A DNA stretch of 64,000 nucleotides from an uncultured bacterium (GCA_902797965.1 CADBUY010000003.1:102222-166221), one strand, 5' to 3'. Positions 19,344 through 28,565 are shown, counted from the first letter of the stretch. Numbers and translations: made by a program. The notes: generated by a model from the sequence alone, not told the origin.

Positions 19344-19781
19344 TTAGTATTCCGATGGCAACAGTAACATGAACTGTATGGGGTTGTAATTGTGCAATGA
19401 TAAGTAGAATTTGTACGTGGTAATATCTTCGTCAACCTTTACTGGTAAATCAATATAAGGTATTTTCTGATAAATTATAGACAAGTGGTCGTGATAATCA
19501 TTACCGACATACCCTTCATAGAATACTTCCATATATCCTGTTTTGTCTTGCTTTACGCCTATCTCAACTACAAAAAACGTATCTTCTGTTTCTTGAAAAG
19601 TTTTTATTACAGAACCTATGTAGCTGATAACATTATCAACTACCCAGTAGGCATTTAATGTTTTTTGAAAATCCATAACACCTTCAGTATATAGTAACTG
19701 ATTGAAGTAATCACGTTTGAATAGTTGCATACTACCGTAATTACTGCCATAAATTTGTTTTACTGTATTATATGTAATCAT
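19344..19781 (-). CDS. DUF6876-like protein
   Basis: LLYTEGV...AYWVVD...Q.IPYIDLP...LLLPSEY pattern. Confidence 0.6.
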   Translation of the reverse strand: MITYNTVKQIYGSNYGSMQLFKRDYFNQLLYTEGVMDFQKTLNAYWVVDNVISYIGSVIKTFQETEDTFFVVEIGVKQDKTGYMEVFYEGYVGNDYHDHLSIIYQKIPYIDLPVKVDEDITTYKFYLSLHNYNPIQFMLLLPSEY

Positions 19782-19794
19782 TTTGTACCTTCCT

Positions 19795-20004
19795 TTATAA
19801 AACTTCTGCTAACTGATTTATTTTTAATGGTTTTATTACTACCTCTGAATTATGGTTATATAAATCATTCTTCTTTGCCTGTTCGTTTGCGTGTTCAAAG
19901 CTATCAAACACACCAAAACACACATAACTTGATTTACTTTTCCAAATGTCTGTTTGATATAACAGGTATAAAATACCGTTTGTTGTTTTAATATTTTTAA
20001 TCAT
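19795..20004 (-). CDS. Hypothetical protein
   Basis: 69 aa, operonic spacing with neighbours. Confidence 0.65.
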   Translation of the reverse strand: MIKNIKTTNGILYLLYQTDIWKSKSSYVCFGVFDSFEHANEQAKKNDLYNHNSEVVIKPLKINQLAEVL

Positions 20005-20017
20005 TGTTTATAATTCC

Positions 20018-20566
20018 TTATAATTCAAACTGCTGTAATGTTTCTTCCACGTTATCCTGTGCAATTCCTATATAACGTAATGTAATTGACGGGCTTGAAT
20101 GGTTTAATAGGTATTGCAGGATAGCAACATCATGAAACTGTTGGTAATGGTGATACCCAAAGGTTTTACGTAATGTATGCGTGCCAATATTATCTTGTAT
20201 TCCGCACTTTTTACAGGCTTCGTTAATTATCATATATGCCATTACTCTTGTTATAGGCTTATTTATTCCGTTACGACTTTTAAAAAGATAATCTGATAAT
20301 GGTTTATTTTTGGTGTAATCGTCAATCAATGACTGCAAATTCCCAAAAATTGGAAACCTTTTTACTTTACCTGTTTTTTGTTCTCTAATCTCTACGTGAG
20401 TTTTATTGCGTATGTCTGCAATCTTTAATTTTAATAGGTCTGATATACGTAAACCAATGTTAATTCCCATGCAGAATAGCAACAAATCACGTGTTCCATT
20501 TTCTTTAAGAACTGATTTTATTTCTTTAATTTTTTGTTTATCTCTTATCGGTTGTACAAGTTCCAT
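20018..20566 (-). CDS. Small catalytic-domain-only tyrosine recombinase B
   Basis: GLRISDLL, GTHTLRKTFGYH, NHSSPSITLRYIG; paralog of 13158-13724. Confidence 0.92.
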   Translation of the reverse strand: MELVQPIRDKQKIKEIKSVLKENGTRDLLLFCMGINIGLRISDLLKLKIADIRNKTHVEIREQKTGKVKRFPIFGNLQSLIDDYTKNKPLSDYLFKSRNGINKPITRVMAYMIINEACKKCGIQDNIGTHTLRKTFGYHHYQQFHDVAILQYLLNHSSPSITLRYIGIAQDNVEETLQQFEL

Positions 20567-20587
20567 TTTTACCTCTAAATTCTGCTG

Positions 20588-20731
20588 ATATGTTAAATTT
20601 AACTTACAATATTAAACCAATATGTTAAATTTAACCTTTGATTTTTAAGTGTTTTTTTACTTCTATTGCTTATCCTGTTTGTGTTACAGGTGATTTTATT
20701 GAATTTAACAAAATAGACATTCTGTTAAATT
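20588..20731. repeat. Putative resolution site: two direct repeats plus inverted core
   Basis: atatgttaaatttaac at 20588-20603 and 20620-20635; aatttaacaaaat-agac-attctgttaaatt at 20702-20731. Confidence 0.7.
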
Positions 20732-20750
20732 GGTGTAGAGGGCGAACCCT

Positions 20751-21047
20751 CTACACAATATCAAATTTTCTATAATGTGTTTGTTTGATAAACGCATTGT
20801 ATAATTCAAGATATTTTTTCTTGAAAGCTGACGTATTAAAGTTATTGCGTGTAATGTTTGTAAATCTGACGATAAACGCACCTATCTTTAATTCTTCAAC
20901 TCCTGCTTCGTCCATAACAGACTTGATAAGGTTTTCCTTTTCTTCTTTGAGTTCCTTTAACTCCTGCAACTTTGCTTCCAAAGTTTTAATAGTTCTGATT
21001 TCGTTTTCTAAGTTTGCATTAGTGTAAATTACTGTTGTACTCATCAT
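20751..21047 (-). CDS. Mobile-element hypothetical protein (coiled coil + FKKKY.ELY motif)
   Basis: Start reassigned to ATG 21047 after AAAGGAG RBS. Confidence 0.7.
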   Translation of the reverse strand: MMSTTVIYTNANLENEIRTIKTLEAKLQELKELKEEKENLIKSVMDEAGVEELKIGAFIVRFTNITRNNFNTSAFKKKYLELYNAFIKQTHYRKFDIV

Positions 21048-21080
21048 TTTGCTCCTTTCGTTTGCTTGGTACGTTAACAT

Positions 21081-21156
21081 CATGTATCACGCTTCCGTGA
21101 AAGTCAACTATTTTTGCAAGTTGTCAACACAAAACTTTACGAAACCGTGATACATG
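21081..21156. promoter_or_regulatory. Inverted operator pair in divergent promoter
   Basis: catgtatcacgcttccgtgaaag vs ctttacgaaaccgtgatacatg. Confidence 0.55.
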
Positions 21157-21193
21157 TTAAAATTAGTGTTATAGTTAACATGTGAGGTAACAA

Positions 21194-21487
21194 ATGACTG
21201 AAATATATAACGCAACAAATGAACGAAAAGAACAAGCCAGAAGGCTTGTAAAGGAGTTTTTAAAGCAAAATGATATATCTATACTCAAACTTGCTAAACT
21301 TCTGAATGAAAAGTATGGTCGTTCGGCTTCTGCACCTAATATTATGAATAAACTTGCAAGGTCGTCATTCAAGGTAACAGAATTAATGGATATTGCAGAA
21401 TTATTTGATTGTGAACTAAAATTTGTTCCAAAAACCTTGATAGAGCAAAATAATAAAATGACAAAAAATACAATTTTAGAAGGCTGA
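21194..21487 (+). CDS. HTH regulator (DUF6471-like)
   Basis: ISILKLAKLL...SAPNIMNKLARSSF. Confidence 0.7.
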   Translation: MTEIYNATNERKEQARRLVKEFLKQNDISILKLAKLLNEKYGRSASAPNIMNKLARSSFKVTELMDIAELFDCELKFVPKTLIEQNNKMTKNTILEG

Positions 21488-21564
21488 ATTTGAATCTGTA
21501 TTTTTGATAGTTTTATGCACCGTTTTGTATATTATGATATAATTATACAAAAAGGAATTTAATT

Positions 21565-22248
21565 GTGCATACAATATTACACACTATTTATCATATAATG
21601 AATACTTTATTTTTTATATTTGTTGATTTATTGAAAAACTGGTCTTTCGTTTTTTTGATTATAGTAATTTTGTTTCATAAACAAATTAAAGAACTTATAT
21701 CAAATTTGAATATACTTAAATTAACAAAAGACGGTTTAGAATTGCAAAAAGCAAAAGAAACTATCAATGATTTACAAGAATTAGCGGTTACTATGTATAT
21801 ACCTGTGTTAGACTTGTTAGCAAAAACTGGTAGATGGAGTGGAGCTCCTACGATTGAAGAACGACTGCTAAATAGAGATATGGTGCTTAAATTTACAGAA
21901 AAACATTGTATCAATGATTCTAAAGTAAAAGAAAAAATAGACGGTATCAACAATTCTATTCTTTTTGATGTATTAAATTCAATAACAGAAAGTTTAAACG
22001 GTACGGCTAGAGCTAATATTCATAGTGAGATTCATAATTTATGTCATACAAGTTCTGTAGGAAATTTCACTTGTAATCCTGATATGCAAGCTATTAAAGA
22101 AAAATTAATTGAATATGATTTAATGGATGAAACTGTCAAGTATATATACGAAGAAGCAGAAAATTTTATAGCTACAAAAAGTTTTAAAAATATTTCTAAA
22201 CTCCGTCAATGTATGAATTTGAATTCAAGAAATCGTGACGATTATTAA
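21565..22248 (+). CDS. Hypothetical membrane-anchored protein
   Basis: N-terminal TM, 227 aa. Confidence 0.7.
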   Translation: MHTILHTIYHIMNTLFFIFVDLLKNWSFVFLIIVILFHKQIKELISNLNILKLTKDGLELQKAKETINDLQELAVTMYIPVLDLLAKTGRWSGAPTIEERLLNRDMVLKFTEKHCINDSKVKEKIDGINNSILFDVLNSITESLNGTARANIHSEIHNLCHTSSVGNFTCNPDMQAIKEKLIEYDLMDETVKYIYEEAENFIATKSFKNISKLRQCMNLNSRNRDDY

Positions 22249-22265
22249 GTAAAAAAAGTTATTTA

Positions 22266-22526
22266 TTAGCACCCCTGCATTAATTGTTGCAAGTTGATAC
22301 CATTAGCACGTGCATATTTTAAGAAGTCTTGCTCAACAGCAGAAACTTTAATCGTGATATTTAAAGCATAGTCGCCTTTTGCTTTTCTACCTGCACCTTC
22401 ACGTTTACCGCCATGAAGAATTTTCATAGCTTCTGCTTGTGCGTTTGCTTCAATTTTTTTAGCACGTTCTTCACTAATTAAAGAACGGTCATTTAATATA
22501 TCGTCAGTTGTAATTATTTTTTGCAT
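22266..22526 (-). CDS. Putative antitoxin (HGGKREGAGRK motif)
   Basis: Overlaps the toxin stop; small DNA-binding-like protein. Confidence 0.65.
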   Translation of the reverse strand: MQKIITTDDILNDRSLISEERAKKIEANAQAEAMKILHGGKREGAGRKAKGDYALNITIKVSAVEQDFLKYARANGINLQQLMQGC

Positions 22527-22858
22527 GTCTGTTGTTCCTCCAAGTTTTGCAGGTAACGTTCTATATTACTTATGCATTGCTTTTTATAGGCTTCTGGGGC
22601 TTTCTGTGTTTTTTTCAAACATATAAACCCAACTATAATGATTCTTCTGCGGTTCGGGTCATACATAAAATATGCACGTACACCGCTAGGTTTTATTTCG
22701 TACAAATCCTTGCCAAGATTATTAATATTCTTATACGCTGTTCCTGTATATTCAAAAATACGGATAGCTTCAAGGATTTTATCTTGATTGTCTATGTGCA
22801 ATTCTTTTAACTGTTCTATCGCTTCTGGCGTATATTCAGTTTGAAATAGCTTTTCCAT
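22514..22858 (-). CDS. RelE/HigB (Gp49-like) toxin
   Basis: LYEIK...RAYF...IIIVGFICLKKTQKAP. Confidence 0.8.
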   Translation of the reverse strand: MEKLFQTEYTPEAIEQLKELHIDNQDKILEAIRIFEYTGTAYKNINNLGKDLYEIKPSGVRAYFMYDPNRRRIIIVGFICLKKTQKAPEAYKKQCISNIERYLQNLEEQQTCKK

Positions 22859-22947
22859 TTCTTACTCCATTATAACATGATTAGGTTACTTTTTTCAAGC
22901 GCGTTATACATATCTTTTTACAAAATCATTCTAACATATTTTTAAAG

Positions 22948-22980
22948 CATGCTAATAGAGAAACTAACCCCTATTAGCAT
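22948..22980 (-). terminator. Hairpin downstream of the ParB-like gene
   Basis: atgctaatag...ctattagcat. Confidence 0.5.
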
Positions 22981-22989
22981 TCGTTTATT

Positions 22990-23808
22990 TTAGTTATTGC
23001 TCGGATTGTTAATATCCTCTACCATTTGGTTATAAGATTTGTTTAAAATGTCGTAATTTTCGGGTAGTTGCACCCATTTATTGCCAACAACAACCCTATG
23101 AAGAACAAAATCAACTTTATATGCTGTTTTTAGCGGTTTTGGTTGTTTTGAGTTTGACTTATTATTTAAGTAATCTTCAATAGCTTGCACTTGTTCGTTT
23201 TCTGGTTTAGAAGATATGTTTTTTAGTATTATAAAATTATTTTCAATGTCAGTTCCTTTAATTTTACTAACACTTTCGTTTGATAATTTCTTAGCAATAC
23301 TTACATAGTTTTCCGCCCACCTTTGAGATTTATTAGTTTTCTCTGAAAGGTCTTTTGTAAAACTTTTTCCAACATATACCGAAGCGAAATTATTTCGTTT
23401 TATGTTCTCTGCTTTACTTTCTGGATATAGAGTTTCATATATTTCTTTACGTTTTAATATCTGTTGGGCTGTTTCGAGTGCTGATAAATTGCTTCTAATA
23501 AGGTTTTCATCAATCTCTGCAAGTTCTTTATTGACTTTTTTATCAATAATTCTTACAGGAATTTCTGATTTGCCCAATTCTTTACATGCAAGATACCTAT
23601 GATAGCCTGTTATTAAATTATTATCACTATCTATAGTGATAGGGTTTAGTACTACCCCAAGAGTTTCAATGCTATCTTTTAATGGGGTAATATCCCTTTT
23701 TGCACGCATACGCTTATTTTCATCAACCTTGATTAAGTCGATGCTAATTGTTTGTTGCGTGTTGGATGTAGCGTTATCAATAACGCTTGAGTTTAATTTT
23801 CTTGTCAT
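22990..23808 (-). CDS. ParB/Srx N-terminal domain protein
   Basis: LNPITI...LITGYHRYLAC..LG...EIDENLIRSNLS. Confidence 0.85.
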   Translation of the reverse strand: MTRKLNSSVIDNATSNTQQTISIDLIKVDENKRMRAKRDITPLKDSIETLGVVLNPITIDSDNNLITGYHRYLACKELGKSEIPVRIIDKKVNKELAEIDENLIRSNLSALETAQQILKRKEIYETLYPESKAENIKRNNFASVYVGKSFTKDLSEKTNKSQRWAENYVSIAKKLSNESVSKIKGTDIENNFIILKNISSKPENEQVQAIEDYLNNKSNSKQPKPLKTAYKVDFVLHRVVVGNKWVQLPENYDILNKSYNQMVEDINNPSNN

Positions 23809-23890
23809 TTCGGTTTCCTTTTAATTATTTTTGTATTACTATTTACTTAAAGTTTGAACATTAACAATGTAATATTAGTGGCATAGAATC

Positions 23891-23910
23891 TGTGTCCATT
23901 CTGTGTCCAC
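23891..23910 (+). repeat. Tandem putative integrase arm-type sites
   Basis: tgtgtccatt-ctgtgtccac. Confidence 0.65.
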
Positions 23911-23990
23911 TTGATATGTTAATTTAGAGCAAAAGGATTTAATTCATGGAGGTCTAAGGTGTAGTATTTTCGCCCAAAACGATAAAATCG

Positions 23991-24022
23991 TAGGGTTCGA
24001 ATCCCTATTCCTCCTCCATTTA
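23991..24022 (+). repeat. attR core (duplicated tRNA-Ser 3' end)
   Basis: Identical to 8368-8399, followed by terminator aaaagccga...tcggctttt. Confidence 0.93.
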
Positions 24023-24061
24023 AAAGCCGATATAAAAGTCGGCTTTTTTAATTCTTAATAC

Positions 24062-24148
24062 GGAGAGGTGTCCGAGTGGTTTAAGGTGGCGATCTCGAAA
24101 GTCGCTGTAGGGGAAACTCTACCAAGGGTTCAAATCCCTTCCTCTCCG
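24062..24148 (+). tRNA. tRNA-Ser(CGA), CCA not encoded
   Basis: GGAGAGG/CCTCTCC stem, GCGAT-CT-CGA-AA-GTCGC, long variable arm, GGTTCAAATCC. Confidence 0.95.
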
Positions 24149-24302
24149 TTTTTCGCACTTTCTACCTTTTATGTATTTTTTTGTCCGTTTTGGTCGGAAG
24201 TAGATAAGGGAAAATGTGTAAATTTTCCCAACAACACTAAATTCTAGCGGTTGGAAATTGGTTAAGAATCTAAATCTCAAACTACTCGAAAAGTGACTTT
24301 TC

Positions 24303-24361
24303 TTGCACTTTTTTACTCATTTTTTGCACTATTCTTGCACACTTTTGCACAAATTTGCACT
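24303..24361 (+). repeat. Five phased TTGCAC repeats
   Basis: At about 24303, 24324, 24335, 24345 and 24355 (10-11 bp phasing). Confidence 0.7.
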
Positions 24362-24366
24362 CATAA

Positions 24367-24420
24367 GTAAGGTTGACTTTAGTCAACCAAAATGTAGCGG
24401 TAGACTGAGGTCTACCCTAC
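24367..24420. repeat. Inverted pair of GTAR-type REP hairpins
   Basis: gtaaggttgactttagtcaacc and ggtagactgaggtctaccctac. Confidence 0.65.
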
Positions 24421-24434
24421 TGGCTACAGGTAAT

Positions 24435-25829
24435 TTATATAAAGTTTAGGTACTTAAACAAGTTATCAAAAAAATCTTTAAATAAATCAGTTTCACTTTT
24501 TGCGTATTTAATAGCACTTTTTTCGCATTCAAGATTATCATGTCCTATAGTTTTACATAATTCATTATAATTTACTAACTCCTGATCAATTTTTTGTAAA
24601 AACACCGTCCTTGAATCATTTCTAGGTATAACACCTCTTTTTTGAGATTTTGTTACGAATTCTGTCAAACCAGGATATACTTCTTCAATTTTTTTCATTA
24701 CATCCGGTTCCATTGATGCTCGTTCTTGAATACTTTCTTCCGTTCTATATAAATCGGAAAAGTCATAACGATGCTTTGTTTCATGAGAGATGGTATTGAA
24801 TATTGTTTCATTTCTGTACAAAGGCTTATGATCTATACTTTTAAAAGAAAGACACCCCGAATTTAATGTAATGACACCATTAATATTACAATTCCCAGGT
24901 TTAAAAGGGTCTGATAGATTTTCAATTTTAATATCTTTTGAAACTAACCCTGATATTCCTAAGTTATTTTCTTCCATTCTACCAATATACTTTATCATAC
25001 CTTCTAGATTTTCACTTGATTCCAGAACATATAATGGCAAAAATTCTCTAAAACGCTCAGGCATATTCTCTGTAATTGGAATATTTGCATACATATCTTC
25101 ATCATAATTAAAATTGTATTCAATCTGTTGTTTTTTCTTTCCTGCTTCCAGTTTTTGTATGATATGTGTATTTTCTGGATTATCAGGTTGTATAATTTCT
25201 TCAGCAGATAACCAAGCATTGTCTTTCTTTTTTATGAATCGTCTGTTACTTGTTTCTAATAATTTCCCATCAAGAGAATATGTTTTTTTACTTACAAGCC
25301 TTATTCCATCATCCTTGTAGTCTTTAATTGTGGTTATAATACGAATACCTTTGTCTTTATACACTGCTATACTACCAATTTGTTTACCCTTAAAGTTAAA
25401 AAAGGAATGAATTTCAAAATTACCTTTTTTACCAGAATGGCCTTTTAAATAATTAAAATAGGATGTATCATAGGAATTACCATTAGAAAATTCTATGTAC
25501 TCAATTCCCTTTTGTTGTAGTTTGTTTTTATCACAAAAACGGCCATAGGATATTCCTTTTTCGTTCATAAAAATTTTATTAGCTTCAACTACATCACTCA
25601 CTCCACTAGTATACTGCATTTTGGTAGCACTATGAGTTAGATTTTGTTCACAAGCTTCAAATACACTTTTGGTTGTTTGAACAGAATCTTTCATTGAAGT
25701 TGGTACATACTTTAATCCATTAACACTAGATTTACTAACAGCTTTTGTTTCAAGTATGCTTCTTTTACCGCATGCTTGAGCATATTTTGCACATCTTTCT
25801 GCTAATGTAACTATTTTCTCGTATCCCAT
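24435..25829 (-). CDS. Hypothetical protein with C-terminal HExxH zincin-like motif
   Basis: SHETKH ... CEKSA; lineage-type N-terminus. Confidence 0.7.
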   Translation of the reverse strand: MGYEKIVTLAERCAKYAQACGKRSILETKAVSKSSVNGLKYVPTSMKDSVQTTKSVFEACEQNLTHSATKMQYTSGVSDVVEANKIFMNEKGISYGRFCDKNKLQQKGIEYIEFSNGNSYDTSYFNYLKGHSGKKGNFEIHSFFNFKGKQIGSIAVYKDKGIRIITTIKDYKDDGIRLVSKKTYSLDGKLLETSNRRFIKKKDNAWLSAEEIIQPDNPENTHIIQKLEAGKKKQQIEYNFNYDEDMYANIPITENMPERFREFLPLYVLESSENLEGMIKYIGRMEENNLGISGLVSKDIKIENLSDPFKPGNCNINGVITLNSGCLSFKSIDHKPLYRNETIFNTISHETKHRYDFSDLYRTEESIQERASMEPDVMKKIEEVYPGLTEFVTKSQKRGVIPRNDSRTVFLQKIDQELVNYNELCKTIGHDNLECEKSAIKYAKSETDLFKDFFDNLFKYLNFI

Positions 25830-26093
25830 GTAAAATCCCCTGTTAAAATCTTACATATATATAAAGTATTCTTCTTTCCAAAAATTGCTTAATTGTTGCA
25901 AAAATTTTACAAACAAAAAATCCGAAATAATCAAACTAACTGATTAAAATAATCAAACTAACTGTTCATTTACATTTTAACAGGACTTTTTGTCGGAAGG
26001 GGTAAATATTTTGAATTGGTAAGATTTCTAATTCTATTAAATCTCAGCGATTGTATTTTTTTGAGTAGTTTGGTCGGAAGAAAACAAGTGTGC

Positions 26094-26179
26094 TGTCATG
26101 CTGAACTTGTTTCAGCATCTTACAAAAGTGGCGTGTTTACTGCATTCTGATAAGACCCTGAAATAAATTCAGGGTGACA
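26094..26179. repeat. Palindromic MITE-like element
   Basis: tgtcatgctgaacttgtttcagcatctta ... taagaccctgaaataaattcagggtgaca; two self-complementary arms in inverted orientation. Confidence 0.75.
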
Positions 26180-26373
26180 TTATGGTCGGAATTTGGTCGA
26201 GTTGAAATGTCCGAAATGTCCAATTTGGGTAACAAAAATGTCCGCAAAAAGACTTTTTAAGGGGTAAATATAAAGCTCAAATGCCGACAGAACCTAAATC
26301 ATACAAAAGGGAAAAAATAGGTAATTTGAATAATTTTATTGATTAATTGTCAAAAATTTGATAAAATCAACCT

Positions 26374-26886
26374 ATGAATAGCTTAATTGAAGTAAAGAAT
26401 CTTATTTACGAAATCAGAGATTATAATGTCATGTTAGACTCTGATTTAGTAAATTTGTATTAAGTCCCAACCAAACGTTTAAATGAAGCAGTAAAACGTA
26501 ATATTACACGTTTTCCAAGTAATTTTATGTTTAGATTAACAAAAGAAGAATGGCAAAATTTAAGGTCGCAATTTGCGACCTTTAGAAATGACATAAGGAA
26601 ATATCCGCCTTATGCCTTTACTGAACAGGGTGTTGCTATGTTGTCATCTGTATTAAATTCTGAAAGAGCAATACAAATTAATATACAAATAATGAATACA
26701 TTTGTTCAAATGCGTCAATGGGCATTGGATAATAAAGAATTGACAAAAAGAGTTGCTGATATTGAAAACTATTTAATTAACTATGCAAAAGACAATAATA
26801 AAGAGATAGAAAAAATCTATGAAGCAATAGATTTACTAATGGACAGAACAAAACCAAGGAAAATAGGATTTCAGATAAAAGGGTAA
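26374..26886 (+). pseudogene. ORF6N-domain DNA-binding protein with in-frame TAA
   Basis: MNSLIEVKNLIYEIRDYNVMLDSDLVNLY*VPTKRLNEAVKRN..RFP..FMF..YAFTEQGVAMLSSVL; stop at 26461. Confidence 0.85.
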
Positions 26887-26909
26887 ATAATAAATGGACA
26901 ACCAAGTCT

Positions 26910-26931
26910 GTAGGGTGCAATTTTTTGCACC
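26910..26931 (+). repeat. GTAG REP hairpin
   Basis: gtagggtgcaattttttgcacc. Confidence 0.6.
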
Positions 26932-27047
26932 AAAACAATTCTCAATTTCTTAAAATTGTTTGTCGAATTCTCTCAAGCAATAGGTTTTTTATACTATTTG
27001 TAAAAATTATAAAATTTTATTATAAAATAGTACAAAAGGAGTTAAAT

Positions 27048-28079
27048 ATGAAAAATTTTGGAAGTTTGATAATTGGAATAATTCTATTTCTTGGTGCGTT
27101 CTGCTTTTTATGGTGGAATGAGGGAAACAGTGCCAAAAAAATAAATATTGCTAATTATGCAGATAAATATGCAATAGAGGTGAATGCAAATAATATTCAA
27201 AGGGAGAATGATAATAAATTAATTGCGACCAGCGGTCACGCTAAGACTTCTGTAACTTTGGGTGATGAATTTGTTACCAGTCCAAATACACTTGTGTTGG
27301 TGAGAAATGTACAAATGTATCAATGGATTGAAGATCACGAGGATGGGAAAACTGTTTATAAAAAAGAATGGTCTGACATTGAAGAAAATTCTGATGAGTT
27401 TGAGGACAAAACTCATAAAAACCCAAAATTCACAATTACCTCAAAAGAATATATAGCTCAGAGTGCAACTCTTGGACAATATGATTTAACGGAAAAACAA
27501 ATAGAAATGATAGATCCTCAAAAAGAAATCTCAAATTTGCAAGAAAAAACAGGATATAAAATAATAGATAACCGATATTACAAAGGTAACAATATAGATA
27601 ATCCTGAGATTGGTGATATATTAATATCTTACAATTATGCTCCATCAGATAGCGAAGTATCAATTATTGGGCAGCAAAAGGATGATAATACAATTGTCTC
27701 AATGGTTCATAAAAAGATTGGGGCAATATATATTCAGTATGACGGCAAAATGACAAAAGACGAAATGTTGGATAAATATACAAACGATAATAAAATACAA
27801 ACTATGGGATTTAGGTTTCTTGGTTGGCTTTTGATGTTTATTGGACTCAAATTGTTCTTTGAACCTTTGATGAGCATTTTAAACTTTGTACCAATTATAG
27901 GAAAAATAGCGGATTGGGCTTCAACATTTATCTTTGCGCTAATTACATTTGCACTTTCGCTGTTTACTATTGCAATAGCTTGGTTTGCGTATAGACCGTT
28001 ACTATCTTTATCGCTAATAATAATAGGCGTAGCAATTACAATTTTTATAAAGAAAAAACTGATAAAAGCAGAACAATAA
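27048..28079 (+). CDS. TMEM43/DUF1625 family membrane protein
   Basis: LWWNEG, RNVQMYQW, PEIGD.., AIAWFAYRP; AAGGAG RBS before 27048. Confidence 0.82.
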   Translation: MKNFGSLIIGIILFLGAFCFLWWNEGNSAKKINIANYADKYAIEVNANNIQRENDNKLIATSGHAKTSVTLGDEFVTSPNTLVLVRNVQMYQWIEDHEDGKTVYKKEWSDIEENSDEFEDKTHKNPKFTITSKEYIAQSATLGQYDLTEKQIEMIDPQKEISNLQEKTGYKIIDNRYYKGNNIDNPEIGDILISYNYAPSDSEVSIIGQQKDDNTIVSMVHKKIGAIYIQYDGKMTKDEMLDKYTNDNKIQTMGFRFLGWLLMFIGLKLFFEPLMSILNFVPIIGKIADWASTFIFALITFALSLFTIAIAWFAYRPLLSLSLIIIGVAITIFIKKKLIKAEQ

Positions 28080-28157
28080 ATTACTGCACTTTGTGCTTTT
28101 TTAAATTTGTGAACAATATATCTATAATATTCGTTAAACAGACAGAAAGGATATTGT

Positions 28158-28565
28158 ATGAATAAAAAATTATTGATTTCTTTTTTGTCTGTTTTGATTT
28201 TTTCATCTGTTTCAGTAATGGCAGATGATACAGCAACGACTACTGACGCAAGACCTCAGCCTCCCCAATTTGAGAATGGGACTCCACCGGATTTTACTAA
28301 AGGTCAGGGGGTAAATGAGGGGGTAAACATAGCTAATCCGCCACGAGACTTTAAAGGTGGTCAAAATGGTCGATTTGATGGCAGACGACCAAGCAAAAAA
28401 CCTGATTCAAAACCGGGAGGTGACAGAACTCCGCCAAATTGGGATTCTTCTGTGAATGGTCAAAATATTCAAGATGGTCAGCCGCCACAATTTAATGGCA
28501 GTATAAAAGACAGACCACCAAAGCCACCAAAAGAAAAAAGTTCAGCATCTTCAACAGAAAGTTAG
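28158..28565 (+). CDS. Secreted Pro/Gly-rich protein
   Basis: Sec signal peptide, PP repeats. Confidence 0.75.
   Translation: MNKKLLISFLSVLIFSSVSVMADDTATTTDARPQPPQFENGTPPDFTKGQGVNEGVNIANPPRDFKGGQNGRFDGRRPSKKPDSKPGGDRTPPNWDSSVNGQNIQDGQPPQFNGSIKDRPPKPPKEKSSASSTES

Larger units (their letters stand above)
8368..24022. mobile_element. Integrative element (PICI/IME-like island) inserted in tRNA-Ser(TGA)
   Basis: Perfect 32-bp direct repeat tagggttcgaatccctattcctcctccattta at 8368-8399 and 23991-24022; adjacent tyrosine integrase; xis/repressor/rep genes; no virion or T4SS genes seen. Confidence 0.93.

Noticed and set aside
13158-20566. Integron with cassette array
   Set aside because: Recombinases are too short for IntI and lack its insertion; no repeated attC-like sites between the cargo genes
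8368-24022. Prophage or conjugative ICE
   Set aside because: No capsid, terminase, tail, lysis, relaxase or T4SS genes recognised
24303-26340. CRISPR array
   Set aside because: Repeats are 6-18 bp, irregular, without unique equal-length spacers; no cas genes
26461-26463. Stop-codon recoding in the ORF6N gene
   Set aside because: Single TAA; TAA terminates many genes in the window, so nonsense mutation or sequencing error is simpler
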